Assembly (NCBI GenBank): GCA_044868045.1
Contig: JBIOWA010000282.1
Span: 1 to 47,349, forward strand
Source of the DNA: Candidatus Limnocylindrales bacterium
Lineage (GTDB): Bacteria > Chloroflexota > Limnocylindria > Limnocylindrales > CSP1-4
Reading direction: 5' to 3'
Length of the DNA: 47,349 nucleotides
Both the position numbers and the translations under genes were made by a program. The notes below the pieces were generated by a model, which was not told the origin of the DNA, did no database searches, and saw only the letters and a list, made by a program, of their open reading frames with translations. Shown piece by piece: positions 1 to 8,822 of the stretch (its first letter is position 1; each line of letters begins with the position of its first letter).

Positions 1-329
1 GGTCGCTCACCGCGGTCATGCGGTCTGAAGGCGGCACTGGACCCAGTGGACTCGCCGCGGTCACAAGGGACGGCGTGGCGCGCATCGCGATGCGCGACCT
101 CGCGCCGACGAGCGGCAGCGAGGTATACGAGGCCTGGGTCATCGCCGCGGACGGGGTCCCGGTCGCCCTCGGCGAGCTCCAGCTCCGCGCGGGAGGCGTC
201 GGGTACCTCGAAACCGGCGGCCTGCCGACCGACAGCGGGATCGTGCTGGCGCTCACCCGCGAACCTCGACCAGGCGCGACGGCGCCCTCGACCACACCGA
301 TCTCGATCGGGACGGCCACAAGCGGCTGA
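1..329 (+). CDS. 5'-truncated ORF whose C-terminal domain resembles anti-sigma-K factor RskA
   Basis: The frame of ORF 18..329 stays open to the left edge. The segment VYEAWVIAADGVPVALGEL...LALTREP resembles the RskA extracytoplasmic C-terminal domain. Recognised from memory only. Confidence 0.45.
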   Translation, partial: SLTAVMRSEGGTGPSGLAAVTRDGVARIAMRDLAPTSGSEVYEAWVIAADGVPVALGELQLRAGGVGYLETGGLPTDSGIVLALTREPRPGATAPSTTPISIGTATSG

Positions 330-380
330 GCCGGCTTCGCGAGCCCGGCGCCCGACGCGCCGGCCGAGCGCTGCGATCCG

Positions 381-1352
381 CTAAACGGACGCCTCCGTGG
401 CCGCGACGGATCCTGCGCCCGCGTCCTTGGCTCGGGTCAGCGCCTCGGTCGCGGCCGCGATCAGCGTTTCGGCGTCGGCCGCATCGACCGGGAACCGCGC
501 GACGCCGGCGGAGACCGAGACGGCCCGACCCGCAACGACCGGCAAGGCCGCGATCGCGTCCTGGACCCGCCGCGCCACCATGGCACCGGCGGATCCGGGC
601 GCCACCAGCACGAACTCGTCGCCGCCGATGCGCCCGACCGTGTCGACCAGGCGGACCGATTCGGCGAGCACCGCCGCGACCCGCCGCAGGATGTCGTCGC
701 CGACGTCGCGGCCATCACCCTCATTCGCGGACCGGAAGTCGTCGATGTCGAAGAGCGCGAGCGACACTTCGCCACCCTGCCGACCCGCCCGCGCCAGCTC
801 CAGCTCCAGGACCCGCCCGACGGTCCGCTCGTTCGCGATCCCGGTGAGCGGGTCGGTGTGGGCCATCCGCTCGAACCATTCGGATCGCTCCGCCGCGGTC
901 GAAGCCAGACGGGCACGATCGGCCGCGATCGCGGCCAGCGAGCCCAGTGCAGCCAGTAGGTCCTGCTCCTCCTCCGTCAGCGACCGCCCGGCGGGCCATG
1001 TCATCCCGAGCGCACCCAATGCCGTCTCGACACCACCGACACTCGACACGAGCGGTACGTACGAGGTCACCCACGTCGCGCCGTCGGCGCTCAGCGCCTC
1101 TCGATCGAAGCTGGGGACGCGCGTCGCCGCCACCGTCGCGAAGGGGTGGGCGCGATCCTGTGCGGCCTCGGCGAGCGCGGTCGCCGCCGTGGCGTCCAAC
1201 CCGGTCGCGGCCGCGAGCTGCAACCCCGGGCGATCCGGATCGGCCAACAGGATCGCCGCGGAGGCCGCGCCTAGCGAGTCGGCGCCGGCCTCGATGATCG
1301 CGCGAAGCGCTTCGTCGAGGTTGACGGCGGTGGCGACAGCCGTGATCGCCAT
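381..1352 (-). CDS. GAF-GGDEF diguanylate cyclase
   Basis: C-terminal GGDEF domain (RIGGDEFVLVAPG, DPLTGIANER, LALFDIDDFRSAN) preceded by a GAF-like region. I prefer the internal ATG at 1352 (MAITAVATAV...). The upstream 60 codons of ORF 381..1532 overlap the start of the next gene. Confidence 0.85.
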   Translation of the reverse strand: MAITAVATAVNLDEALRAIIEAGADSLGAASAAILLADPDRPGLQLAAATGLDATAATALAEAAQDRAHPFATVAATRVPSFDREALSADGATWVTSYVPLVSSVGGVETALGALGMTWPAGRSLTEEEQDLLAALGSLAAIAADRARLASTAAERSEWFERMAHTDPLTGIANERTVGRVLELELARAGRQGGEVSLALFDIDDFRSANEGDGRDVGDDILRRVAAVLAESVRLVDTVGRIGGDEFVLVAPGSAGAMVARRVQDAIAALPVVAGRAVSVSAGVARFPVDAADAETLIAAATEALTRAKDAGAGSVAATEASV

Positions 1353-1468
1353 CGGCAACGTTGATCGAGGATCGTGGGACGGACCGTCGCTGGCCACGGG
1401 TCGACTCCTGCACGCGTCGTGGGTTCGGAGGCCGCATCGTACACCGCCCGAAATCGGGGACAGGTGCG

Positions 1469-1498
1469 TTGACCCGCGGCTGGTCGCCAATCGATACT
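1469..1498 (+). promoter_or_regulatory. Candidate sigma70-type promoter giving a leaderless darA transcript
   Basis: TTGACC (1469-1474), an 18-nt spacer, then GATACT (1493-1498). The ATG at 1506 lies 8 nt after the -10 element and there is no Shine-Dalgarno sequence. Confidence 0.4.
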
Positions 1499-1505
1499 CC
1501 GCCCG

Positions 1506-1835
1506 ATGAAGCTGGTCGTCGCGATCGTCCACAACGAGGATGCGGGCGCCCTCGTCGATGCCCTGCTGGACAAGGAGTTCCGCGCAACCCGCGTGTCGAG
1601 CTCCGGCGGCTTCCTCAAGCAGTCGAACGCGACGATCTTCCTGGGCGTGGAGGAAGGCGACGTCGAGGAGGTCATCTCGATCGTTCGCGCGAACTGCACC
1701 TCACGGACGCAGGTCGTCAATCCGATGCCGCCGATCATGGAGCCCGGCGAGTTCTTCATGCCGTACCCGCTCGAGGTCGAGGTAGGCGGCGCCACCGTCT
1801 TCGTCGTCCCGGTCGATCGGTTCGAGCGGCTCTAG
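1506..1835 (+). CDS. darA: PII-like cyclic-di-AMP receptor, YaaQ/DarA family (DUF970)
   Basis: 109 aa. MKLVVAIVHNEDAGALVDALLDKEFRATRVSSSGGFLKQSNATIFLGVEE closely follows the YaaQ pattern (MKLIIAIVQD.D...L...L....FRATKL.STGGFL..GNTT...GVED). Confidence 0.8.
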   Translation: MKLVVAIVHNEDAGALVDALLDKEFRATRVSSSGGFLKQSNATIFLGVEEGDVEEVISIVRANCTSRTQVVNPMPPIMEPGEFFMPYPLEVEVGGATVFVVPVDRFERL

Positions 1836-1841
1836 CCCTCG

Positions 1842-2264
1842 ATGGGCTGGACGCCGCCGCCGGTCGGCAGCCGCGGCACCTGGACGCGGACGCTCACGGC
1901 CGAGGATGTCGAGCGCTACGCCACGATCACCGGCGACCGTAACCCGCTCCATTTCGACGCCGACTTCGCGGCGCGGACGACGCCTGGGCGCCTGATCGTC
2001 CACGGCGGCCTGACGACGGGCCTGTTCAACGCGCTCGTGGCCGAGATCTTGCCCGGTCCCGGGAGTGTCTTCCTGCACCAGGAATGGGATTACCCGGCCC
2101 CGGCCTACATCGGGGACACGGTGACCGCGGAGGCCGAGGTCGTCGAAGCCCGTGCCGACAAGCCGATCACGACGCTTCGGTGTGTCGCCCGCCGCGCGGA
2201 CGGGACCGAGGTCCTCCGCGGCACCTGCGTGGTCTACACGATGATCCCGGCCGAACGGGCGTGA
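1842..2264 (+). CDS. MaoC-like (R)-specific enoyl-CoA hydratase/dehydratase, hotdog fold
   Basis: ITGDRNPLHFDADFA...IVHGGLTTGL is the MaoC dehydratase signature. 140 aa, starting 6 nt after darA. Confidence 0.85.
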   Translation: MGWTPPPVGSRGTWTRTLTAEDVERYATITGDRNPLHFDADFAARTTPGRLIVHGGLTTGLFNALVAEILPGPGSVFLHQEWDYPAPAYIGDTVTAEAEVVEARADKPITTLRCVARRADGTEVLRGTCVVYTMIPAERA

Positions 2265-3499
2265 CGGGCACCACCCCGGAGCCGTCGGAGCGATGGGGGC
2301 AGCTAACGATACTCAGCGTCGGGACGTTGCTTGCGATGTCCCCCTCGTTCGCGGCCGCAGCCGTCGCACCACTCCTGCGTGACGAGTGGACGGTCGGGCT
2401 GCTCGAGCTGCCGTTCCTGACCGTCGTGGTCCAGCTCGGTTTCGCCGTCGGCGCGATCGGGCTGGCCGTCATCGGGGCGACCGATGTCATTCCCGGCCCG
2501 CGGCTCTTCGCGGCCGGTGCTGTCGTGGCAGCCGCCGCCAACCTCGGATTCGGGCTGAGCGCCACGGATCCGGGTTCGGCCGTGCCCTTCCGCTTCATGA
2601 CGGGTGCAGCGTTGGCGGCCGTCTACCCGGTCGCCATGAAGCTCGCCGCCGGATGGTTCAGACGCGATCGGGGCCTCGCGATCGGCGTCGTCAACGGCGC
2701 GCTTACCGTCGGCGTCGCCCTGCCATTCCTTTTCAGGGCCGTCGGAGCCTACGCCGGCGTCGACTGGCGACCCGTCGTCGTTGCGGCGAGTGTGGCCGCG
2801 ATCGCGGGGGCGCTCCTCGTCGGGATACTCGTGCGGTCGGGGCCACTCGAGGTTGCGGCACCACGGTTCTCGCCGTCGATCGCGGCAGCCGCGTTCCGCG
2901 AGCCGTCGGTGCGGCTCGCGTCGCTGGGCTACTTCGGCCACATGTGGGAGCTGTTCGCCATGTGGACATGGATCCCGATCTTCCTGCTGGCGAGCTTCGC
3001 CGCCGCGGGCCTGGCCGATGCCGCAGCCGCCTCGCTGACGGCGTTCGGGGTCGTCGCGGCGGGCGGGGTGGGCTCGGCAGTTGCCGGTGCGTTGGCCGAT
3101 CGTCTTGGCCGGACGACGACGACGATCGCCGCGATGGCGGTCTCGGGATCGTCGGCCATCCTGGCCGGGATCCTGTTCGGTGCCCCGGTTCCGATCGTGG
3201 TCCTGGTCGCGCTCGTCTGGGGCGTGTCCGTCGTAGCCGATTCGGCCCAGTTCTCGTCGGCAGTCTCCGAGCTCGCCCCGCCCGGGACGGCCGGATCGGC
3301 ACTCTCGGTCCAGACGGCCGTCGGCTTCACGCTCACCAGCATCACCATCCTGGGCGTTGGACTCCTCGACCCGGCGGGCGCCGACGGGTGGCGCCTCGCC
3401 TGGATCATCCTGGCGCTCGGGCCGGTGGTCGGGATCGCAGCCATGTGGCGGCTTCGCGGCCGGCCGGACGCGCTCAAGATGGCAAACGGGAACCGATGA
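2261..3499 (+). CDS. MFS transporter
   Basis: About 12 hydrophobic segments. The GTG at 2261 overlaps the MaoC stop (GTGA). The upstream part of ORF 2084..3499 lies inside the MaoC gene. Confidence 0.8.
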   Translation: MTGTTPEPSERWGQLTILSVGTLLAMSPSFAAAAVAPLLRDEWTVGLLELPFLTVVVQLGFAVGAIGLAVIGATDVIPGPRLFAAGAVVAAAANLGFGLSATDPGSAVPFRFMTGAALAAVYPVAMKLAAGWFRRDRGLAIGVVNGALTVGVALPFLFRAVGAYAGVDWRPVVVAASVAAIAGALLVGILVRSGPLEVAAPRFSPSIAAAAFREPSVRLASLGYFGHMWELFAMWTWIPIFLLASFAAAGLADAAAASLTAFGVVAAGGVGSAVAGALADRLGRTTTTIAAMAVSGSSAILAGILFGAPVPIVVLVALVWGVSVVADSAQFSSAVSELAPPGTAGSALSVQTAVGFTLTSITILGVGLLDPAGADGWRLAWIILALGPVVGIAAMWRLRGRPDALKMANGNR

Positions 3500-4002
3500 G
3501 CCCGTTCAGGCCGGACCTCGTCGACTGCTGGATCTTCCGGGTCATCCATTCCGCCCGGGACGTGCCGAGCACCGAGATCCTGCTGCTCCGTCGGGCGCCG
3601 GGCCGGATCCTGCCCGGGCTGTGGCAGTGCGTGTCGGGGTCGCTCGAGCGCGACGATCGGGTCGCCCTTGGTGCCCTTCGCGAGCTCCGCGAAGAGACCG
3701 GGTTCGGGCCCGATGCCATCGAGGCCTTCTACGACCTCGACCTCGTGAACCAGTTCCACGAACCGTCGTACGACGCCGTGGTCACCGCCGCGATCTTCGC
3801 CGTTCGCGTCCGGCCAGGGTCCGAGCCGACGCTGTCCCACGAACATGACGCTGCGCGCTGGCTGCCGATCGACGAGGCCCTCGCAACGGTCGTCTGGCCT
3901 GGCTACCGGACCGCGATCGAACGCATCCGCGACGACCTGACCGACCCCGAGCGGGCCCGTTGGTTCGAGCTGACCTTCGAAGGAGACCGCCGGCCGCGCT
4001 GA
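3496..4002 (+). CDS. NUDIX hydrolase
   Basis: Nudix box GSLERDDRVALGALRELREETGF (REUxEExGU part intact). The ATG at 3496 overlaps the MFS stop (ATGA). Confidence 0.85.
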   Translation: MSPFRPDLVDCWIFRVIHSARDVPSTEILLLRRAPGRILPGLWQCVSGSLERDDRVALGALRELREETGFGPDAIEAFYDLDLVNQFHEPSYDAVVTAAIFAVRVRPGSEPTLSHEHDAARWLPIDEALATVVWPGYRTAIERIRDDLTDPERARWFELTFEGDRRPR

Positions 4003-4278
4003 CCCCAACGCACTGGTGTTGACCGACGGTCAACGATTTCGGGGCGAATGCGGCGTCAACTGGCTCCAACCGCCTGCATGGCGACCGTGGGTCAACATCC
4101 AGGGCGATCTACCGTCCGCTGCTTCGCTCAAATGGCCGATCGCTGACCCTGGGTCACCGGCGAGGCGGCATGGACGCTCCGGTCGATCGAAATGTTCGAA
4201 ATCGTTGACGGTGGGTCACCACGCCGGCGCGAGCCGACGGAACTGACGCTTGAGAGAGACCGCCGGCCGCGCTAACCC
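3983..4278. repeat. 23-bp direct repeat (22/23 identical) flanking a 250-bp non-coding insert with internal inverted repeats
   Basis: GAGACCGCCGGCCGCGCTGACCC at 3983-4005 and GAGACCGCCGGCCGCGCTAACCC at 4256-4278. Copy 1 contains the NUDIX stop TGA, and copy 2 has TAA at the same position. Inside are a 17-bp perfect palindrome GTTGACCGACGGTCAAC (4018-4034) and a 13-bp perfect inverted repeat GTCAACGATTTCG (4029-4041) / CGAAATCGTTGAC (4197-4209). Confidence 0.8.
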
Positions 4279-4288
4279 TTGACATCGG

Positions 4289-4319
4289 TATTCGATACGC
4301 TACTGTATCGTATCGAATA
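4289..4319. promoter_or_regulatory. Palindromic operator candidate for the downstream TetR regulator
   Basis: Perfect 11-bp arms TATTCGATACG (4289-4299) and CGTATCGAATA (4309-4319) with a 9-bp spacer. It lies 43 bp upstream of the efflux gene ATG in a locally AT-richer patch. Confidence 0.55.
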
Positions 4320-4361
4320 GGCTCGCCGCGGGATGCGAGCCCCCTTGCGAGGTCCGCTGTC

Positions 4362-5936
4362 ATGACTGCCAAAACCGCCACCGCGCCTACCGTCGATGAC
4401 CGGACGTACCGGCGACGTTGGTGGACGCTCGCCGTCCTCGCCTTGAGCCTGGTGATCATCGGACTCGACAACACCGTCCTCAACGTCGCGCTCCCGACGC
4501 TGCAGCGCACCTTCAGCGCGTCCGCCGCGGAGCTGCAATGGATGGTCGATGCGTACGTACTGGTGTTCGCAGGCCTGCTCCTCACGATGGGCGCCCTGGG
4601 CGACCGGTTCGGACGGGCGCGCGCCCTCCAAGCCGGGCTCGTAATCTTCGCCGCGTCGTCGATCGCGGCGACGTTCTCGACCGCCGCCGTCCATCTCATC
4701 GCCGCACGAGTCGCGATGGGCATCGGCGGCGCGCTGATCATGCCGTCGACGCTGTCGGTCATCGCCAACGTCTTCCCACCCGCGGAACGGGTGAAGGCGA
4801 TCACAATCTGGGCCGGCGTCTCGGGCCTCGGCGTCGGGTTGGGTCCGTGGATCGGAGGGCTCCTGATCGAGAACTTCGACTGGAGCGCCGTCTTCCTCCT
4901 CAACGTCCCGATCGCTGTGCTCGCGCTGGTCCTCGGCGTCTTCCTCGTGCCGGAGAGCCGCGATCCGTCGGGGGCACCACTCGACATCCCCGGCGCGGTC
5001 CTGTCGATCGCCGGGGTATCGGCGCTCGTCTACGGGATCATCGAGGCACCGGCGGCAGGCTGGACCGATCCGGGCATCCTCGCGTCGTTTGCGGCGGCGA
5101 TCGTCCTTGGCGTCGCGTTCGCCTGGCGCCAGACCCACACGGCCCACCCGATGCTGGACCTGGCGCTCTTCCGCGATCGCCGATTCACCGCGGGCGCCGG
5201 CGCCATCGCGCTCACTTTCTTCGCGTTGTTCGGCGTGATCTTCGGCCTGACCCAGTACCTGCAGTTCACCCTGGGCAAGACGGCGCTCGAAGCCGGGACC
5301 CTGATGCTGGCGCTCGCTATCGGGATCCCGCTCGGTGCCCGGATCAGCCTCAAGGCCACCGAACATCTTGGCGTCGGCCGGGTCATGGCCACAGCGCTGA
5401 TCGCCATCGCGCTGATCCTGCTGAGCATCACCCGTTGGACGGCGACCACGGATCCGCTCGTCGTCGCGGTCACGCTGTTCTTCCTTGCGCTGTCGCTCGC
5501 CAACGTGATGGCCCCCGCTACCGGCACCGTCATGAGCGCGGTGCCGGAGGCCAAGGCCGGTGTCGGGTCCGCGATGAACGATCTGCTTCGCCAGCTGGGC
5601 GGAGCGCTTGGCGTCGCCGTCATCGGATCTGTGATGAACACGGTGTACCGGGATCGCGTCGGCGGAGCCCTGACCGGTCTGCCGCCACAGGCCGCGCACG
5701 CGGCCGGTGATTCCGTCGGCGCCGCGGTCGCGATCGCCGGCCAGGTCGGTGGCCCGGCCGGCGACGCGCTTGCAGCGACGGCGCGCGCCGCGTTCGTGGA
5801 TGGACTCGGCCTGGCCGCGGTCGTTGCGGCGATCGTGGCGGTCGTGACCTCGCTCTACGTCATCCGCCAGATGCCCGCCCGCGAACCGCAGGAGACACCG
5901 TCAGGCTCGACGATCCCGGCTACGCTGCCCAGGTGA
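4362..5936 (+). CDS. MFS drug:H+ antiporter, DHA2 (EmrB/QacA-like, 14-TMS) family
   Basis: N-terminus RRWWTLAVLALSLVIIGLDNTVLNVALPTLQ...LQWMVDAYVLVFAGLLLTMGALGDRFGR is typical of DHA2 pumps. 524 aa. Confidence 0.9.
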   Translation: MTAKTATAPTVDDRTYRRRWWTLAVLALSLVIIGLDNTVLNVALPTLQRTFSASAAELQWMVDAYVLVFAGLLLTMGALGDRFGRARALQAGLVIFAASSIAATFSTAAVHLIAARVAMGIGGALIMPSTLSVIANVFPPAERVKAITIWAGVSGLGVGLGPWIGGLLIENFDWSAVFLLNVPIAVLALVLGVFLVPESRDPSGAPLDIPGAVLSIAGVSALVYGIIEAPAAGWTDPGILASFAAAIVLGVAFAWRQTHTAHPMLDLALFRDRRFTAGAGAIALTFFALFGVIFGLTQYLQFTLGKTALEAGTLMLALAIGIPLGARISLKATEHLGVGRVMATALIAIALILLSITRWTATTDPLVVAVTLFFLALSLANVMAPATGTVMSAVPEAKAGVGSAMNDLLRQLGGALGVAVIGSVMNTVYRDRVGGALTGLPPQAAHAAGDSVGAAVAIAGQVGGPAGDALAATARAAFVDGLGLAAVVAAIVAVVTSLYVIRQMPAREPQETPSGSTIPATLPR

Positions 5937-6538
5937 CATCGACTCCGGCCGGTGACGTCGCCGTACCCCGCGGGCGCCCCCGCGACGCACGCGCCGACGA
6001 GGCGATCCTCGCGGCCACCTTCCGCCAGCTGATCGAGGTCGGATACGGCGCGCTGTCCATCGAATCGGTCGCCGCCGAAGCGGGCGTCGCCAAGACCACC
6101 ATCTACCGGCGGCATCCCACCAAGAAGGACCTGGTCATCGCCGCGATGACCGCGGCGACGCCCTTCCAACCGCCGCCCCTGGACCTGCCGTCGCGCCAGG
6201 CGCTCGAGCTTTTCGTCCGGACGGCCATCCATCTGCTCATCGATTCCGGTGCGTTCCGCATCCTCGGCTCGCTGCTGATCGAGGACCGCCGCGAACCCGG
6301 ACTGCTCGACACGTTTCGGACGCAACTCCTGACCCCGCGTCGCGGCATGGTCGAGGCCGTGCTGCGGCGAGGCGTCGAGCGCGGTGAGATCCGCGACGAC
6401 ATCGACCCGCTGGTCGTCACCGAGATGATCGCGGGGGCCGTCATCGGCCATCACGCGATCCTGGGGCTGCACGGCGACGACGCGTGGATCCGAAACCTGA
6501 TCGATCACGTCTGGCGGGCGATCGCTGCGGACCGCTAG
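5933..6538 (+). CDS. TetR/AcrR family transcriptional regulator
   Basis: HTH segment SIESVAAEAGVAKTTIYRRHPTKKDLV. The GTG at 5933 overlaps the pump stop (GTGA), so the two genes are co-transcribed. Confidence 0.9.
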   Translation: MTSTPAGDVAVPRGRPRDARADEAILAATFRQLIEVGYGALSIESVAAEAGVAKTTIYRRHPTKKDLVIAAMTAATPFQPPPLDLPSRQALELFVRTAIHLLIDSGAFRILGSLLIEDRREPGLLDTFRTQLLTPRRGMVEAVLRRGVERGEIRDDIDPLVVTEMIAGAVIGHHAILGLHGDDAWIRNLIDHVWRAIAADR

Positions 6539-6585
6539 ACTCGGTACCGAGGCGGCCGACCGTGGGGCCGGCGCAGGAGGGTGAC

Positions 6586-7776
6586 GTGATCGATCGGACG
6601 GAGCTACCCGAGGCGAGCAGCCCGGCGGCCTCGCGCCGCGCCTTTCGATCGAAGGTCGACACGATCCGCCCGACGTATGGTTTCGAGGACGTCTCGCTCG
6701 CGCCCGGCACCGACACGATCGAGCCCTCGGACGTCGAGCTCGGCCAGACCTTCTGTGGCATCGACCTCGCCATCCCGATCCTGGCGTCGGCGATGGACGC
6801 CGTCGTCGACGCGCGGATGGCCGGGGAGCTGGCGCGCCTCGGCGGGCTCGCGTTCCTCAACCTCGAGGGCGTGCAGGCGCGCTTCGACGATCCCGACGTG
6901 ATCCTCGAGCGGATCGCGACCGCGCCGGACGACCAGGTGCACGACATCCTCGCCGAGGCGTACCAGCAGCCGATCCGGGAGGAGCTCATCGCGGCCCGCA
7001 TCGAAGCGATCCACGCCGCCGGCTCCAAGGCCGCGGTGGCGGCGACGCCCGGCGCCGCGCGTCGGTTCGGGCCGTTCGCGGCGGAACAGGGCGCCGACCT
7101 CTTCCTGGTCCAGAGCCAGGTCAGCAGTGCCCGTCACATCGCGACCGAATACGACCCGCTCTCGCTCGCCGAGTTCACGACGTACATGCCGATCCCGGTC
7201 GCGGTCGGCAACACCACCAACGCGGAGGCGGCGTTCGCGCTCATGGAGCAGGGTGCCGCGGCCGTCTTCGTCGGCGTCGGTCCCGGCGCGGCCTGCACGA
7301 CCCGCGAGGTCCTCGGCATCGGCGTCCCCCAGGTCACGGCGATCAGCGACGTGGCCGCGGCGCGCGACGCCTATCGCGCAGAGACGGGCCGATACGTCCC
7401 GGTCGTGGCAGATGGTGGGATGCGCCGTGGCGGCGAACTGGCCAAGGCGATCGCCGCCGGCGCCGACGTCCTCATGATCGGCTCGCCGCTGGCGCGGGCC
7501 GCCGAGGCGCCGGGTCGCGGCACGAACTGGGGGATGGCCGCACCCTCGCCGACGCTTCCCCGGGGGACCCGGATCAAGGTCGGGACCACCGGCACGCTCG
7601 AGCGGATCCTGCTCGGACCGGCCCACGTGACCGACGGGAGCGAGAACCTCGTCGGTGCGCTTCGCCAGTCGATGGCGGCGCTCGGCGCCCGGACGATCCG
7701 CGAGATGCAGGCTGTCGAGATGGTCTACGCGCCGTCGACCCAGACCGAGGGCAAGTCGTGGCAGCGAGCGCGTTGA
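6586..7776 (+). CDS. guaB3: IMP dehydrogenase family protein lacking the CBS insert (GuaB3-like)
   Basis: TIM-barrel IMPDH motifs ([53 protein letters not shown]) and no CBS pair. The start GTG at 6586 follows AGGAGG (6575-6580). Confidence 0.8.
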   Translation: MIDRTELPEASSPAASRRAFRSKVDTIRPTYGFEDVSLAPGTDTIEPSDVELGQTFCGIDLAIPILASAMDAVVDARMAGELARLGGLAFLNLEGVQARFDDPDVILERIATAPDDQVHDILAEAYQQPIREELIAARIEAIHAAGSKAAVAATPGAARRFGPFAAEQGADLFLVQSQVSSARHIATEYDPLSLAEFTTYMPIPVAVGNTTNAEAAFALMEQGAAAVFVGVGPGAACTTREVLGIGVPQVTAISDVAAARDAYRAETGRYVPVVADGGMRRGGELAKAIAAGADVLMIGSPLARAAEAPGRGTNWGMAAPSPTLPRGTRIKVGTTGTLERILLGPAHVTDGSENLVGALRQSMAALGARTIREMQAVEMVYAPSTQTEGKSWQRAR

Positions 7777-8149
7777 CACGCCCACGGACGACATCGGCAC
7801 CGACCTGTTCTTCGAGGGCAAGGTCGCCCGGCTGACGACGCGTGGACGGCTGACGGGACTGGCACGCCCGGTCGCCGTCGGCTACGTCGACGAGCCGGAT
7901 GGCTCGATCCTGGTGGCGGCAGGCGATCGGGCCGAGTGGGCGATCAACCTGTTCGCGGATCCGGGCGTGGACGTCGAGGTCGGGGACCGGCGATTTCGTG
8001 CCCTCGCGGAGCCGCTATCGCCCGCCGACCACGCGGCGACCATCCGAGCGTTGATCCTGCGGTACGGGACCCCGGCGGAACGACTGGGTCGTGGGCCGTC
8101 GTTCCGGCTCCGACCGGTCGCCGCCACGGGCACGGGTGGGTCGAGCTGA
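7655..8149 (+). CDS. DUF385/deazaflavin-dependent nitroreductase-like (split beta-barrel) protein; start uncertain
   Basis: LTTRGRLTGLARPVAVGYV...ILVAAGDRAEWAINLFADPGVDVEV parallels the Ddn-family core (LLTTTGRKTG.PR...VAAS...P.WY.NL.ANP.V.V). The only canonical in-frame start is the ATG at 7655, which overlaps guaB3 by 122 nt. No ATG/GTG/TTG follows the guaB3 stop. Confidence 0.55.
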   Translation: MRFASRWRRSAPGRSARCRLSRWSTRRRPRPRASRGSERVDTPTDDIGTDLFFEGKVARLTTRGRLTGLARPVAVGYVDEPDGSILVAAGDRAEWAINLFADPGVDVEVGDRRFRALAEPLSPADHAATIRALILRYGTPAERLGRGPSFRLRPVAATGTGGSS

Positions 8150-8604
8150 TGTCGATCGATGTCACGATCGACGCGACGATCGCCAGGCCGCCCGATGCGG
8201 TCTTCGCGCGTATCGCCGACGTCGAGGGCTGGCCGTCCTGGCTGATCGCGAGCGGGATCGTGTCGGTTACCAGGACCGTCGCGGGGCCGGTCGGCGCCGG
8301 CGAACGCCTGGCGGTCGAGCAACGGGCGGCCGGTCGGGCCGGGACCTTCGACGCGGTCATCCGCGAGGCCATGCCGCCCACACGATTCGCCTTAGAGGGG
8401 CGCGACGGCGACGGCGTCTCCATCGAGATCGACGCGAACCTGGCCGCCGCCGACGCCGGGACCGAGCTTCGCTGGTCGATCCGGATCGGCCTGCCGTTCC
8501 GCTATCGCATCCTCGAGGGGATGGCCCGCCCGGAGGTCGAGCGCGCGGCGACGCTCGACATCGAGAGCCTCCGACGCCAGCTCGAGTCGACCTCGACCGA
8601 CTGA
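8149..8604 (+). CDS. SRPBCC (START/polyketide cyclase-like) superfamily protein
   Basis: MSIDVTIDATIARPPDAVFARIADVEGWPSWL is a typical SRPBCC N-terminus. The ATG at 8149 overlaps the preceding stop. Confidence 0.75.
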   Translation: MSIDVTIDATIARPPDAVFARIADVEGWPSWLIASGIVSVTRTVAGPVGAGERLAVEQRAAGRAGTFDAVIREAMPPTRFALEGRDGDGVSIEIDANLAAADAGTELRWSIRIGLPFRYRILEGMARPEVERAATLDIESLRRQLESTSTD

Positions 8605-8663
8605 CGGAGTACGTCATCCGGCCCAGTCGAAGACAGGACGTTCGCCCGGTTTCGAGGTGGCGA

Positions 8664-8810
8664 ATGGTCATGCACGATCACGGTATGGACGTCGTCGGGA
8701 TGGTCGTCATCGCGATCAGTGCCTTCGCCCTGCTCGAGGTCGCAGCGGCGAACCTCCGCGGTGAGGAGCGCTCCCGACGCGGCCGCCGGTCCACTCGCAC
8801 GACCCGCTGA
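8664..8810 (+). CDS. Possible 48-aa single-TM protein with a basic tail
   Basis: The ATG at 8664 is preceded by GAGGTGG. One hydrophobic helix (VVGMVVIAISAFALLEVAAA) followed by an Arg-rich tail. No family recognised. Confidence 0.35.
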   Translation: MVMHDHGMDVVGMVVIAISAFALLEVAAANLRGEERSRRGRRSTRTTR

Positions 8811-8822
8811 CGCTCCACCGCC

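Noticed and set aside
2386-4002. 538-aa plus-strand ORF spanning the MFS and NUDIX genes
   Set aside because: Only the last 168 codons (from the ATG at 3496) carry the NUDIX fold and motif. The upstream part is an Arg/Gly-rich out-of-frame shadow of the MFS gene.
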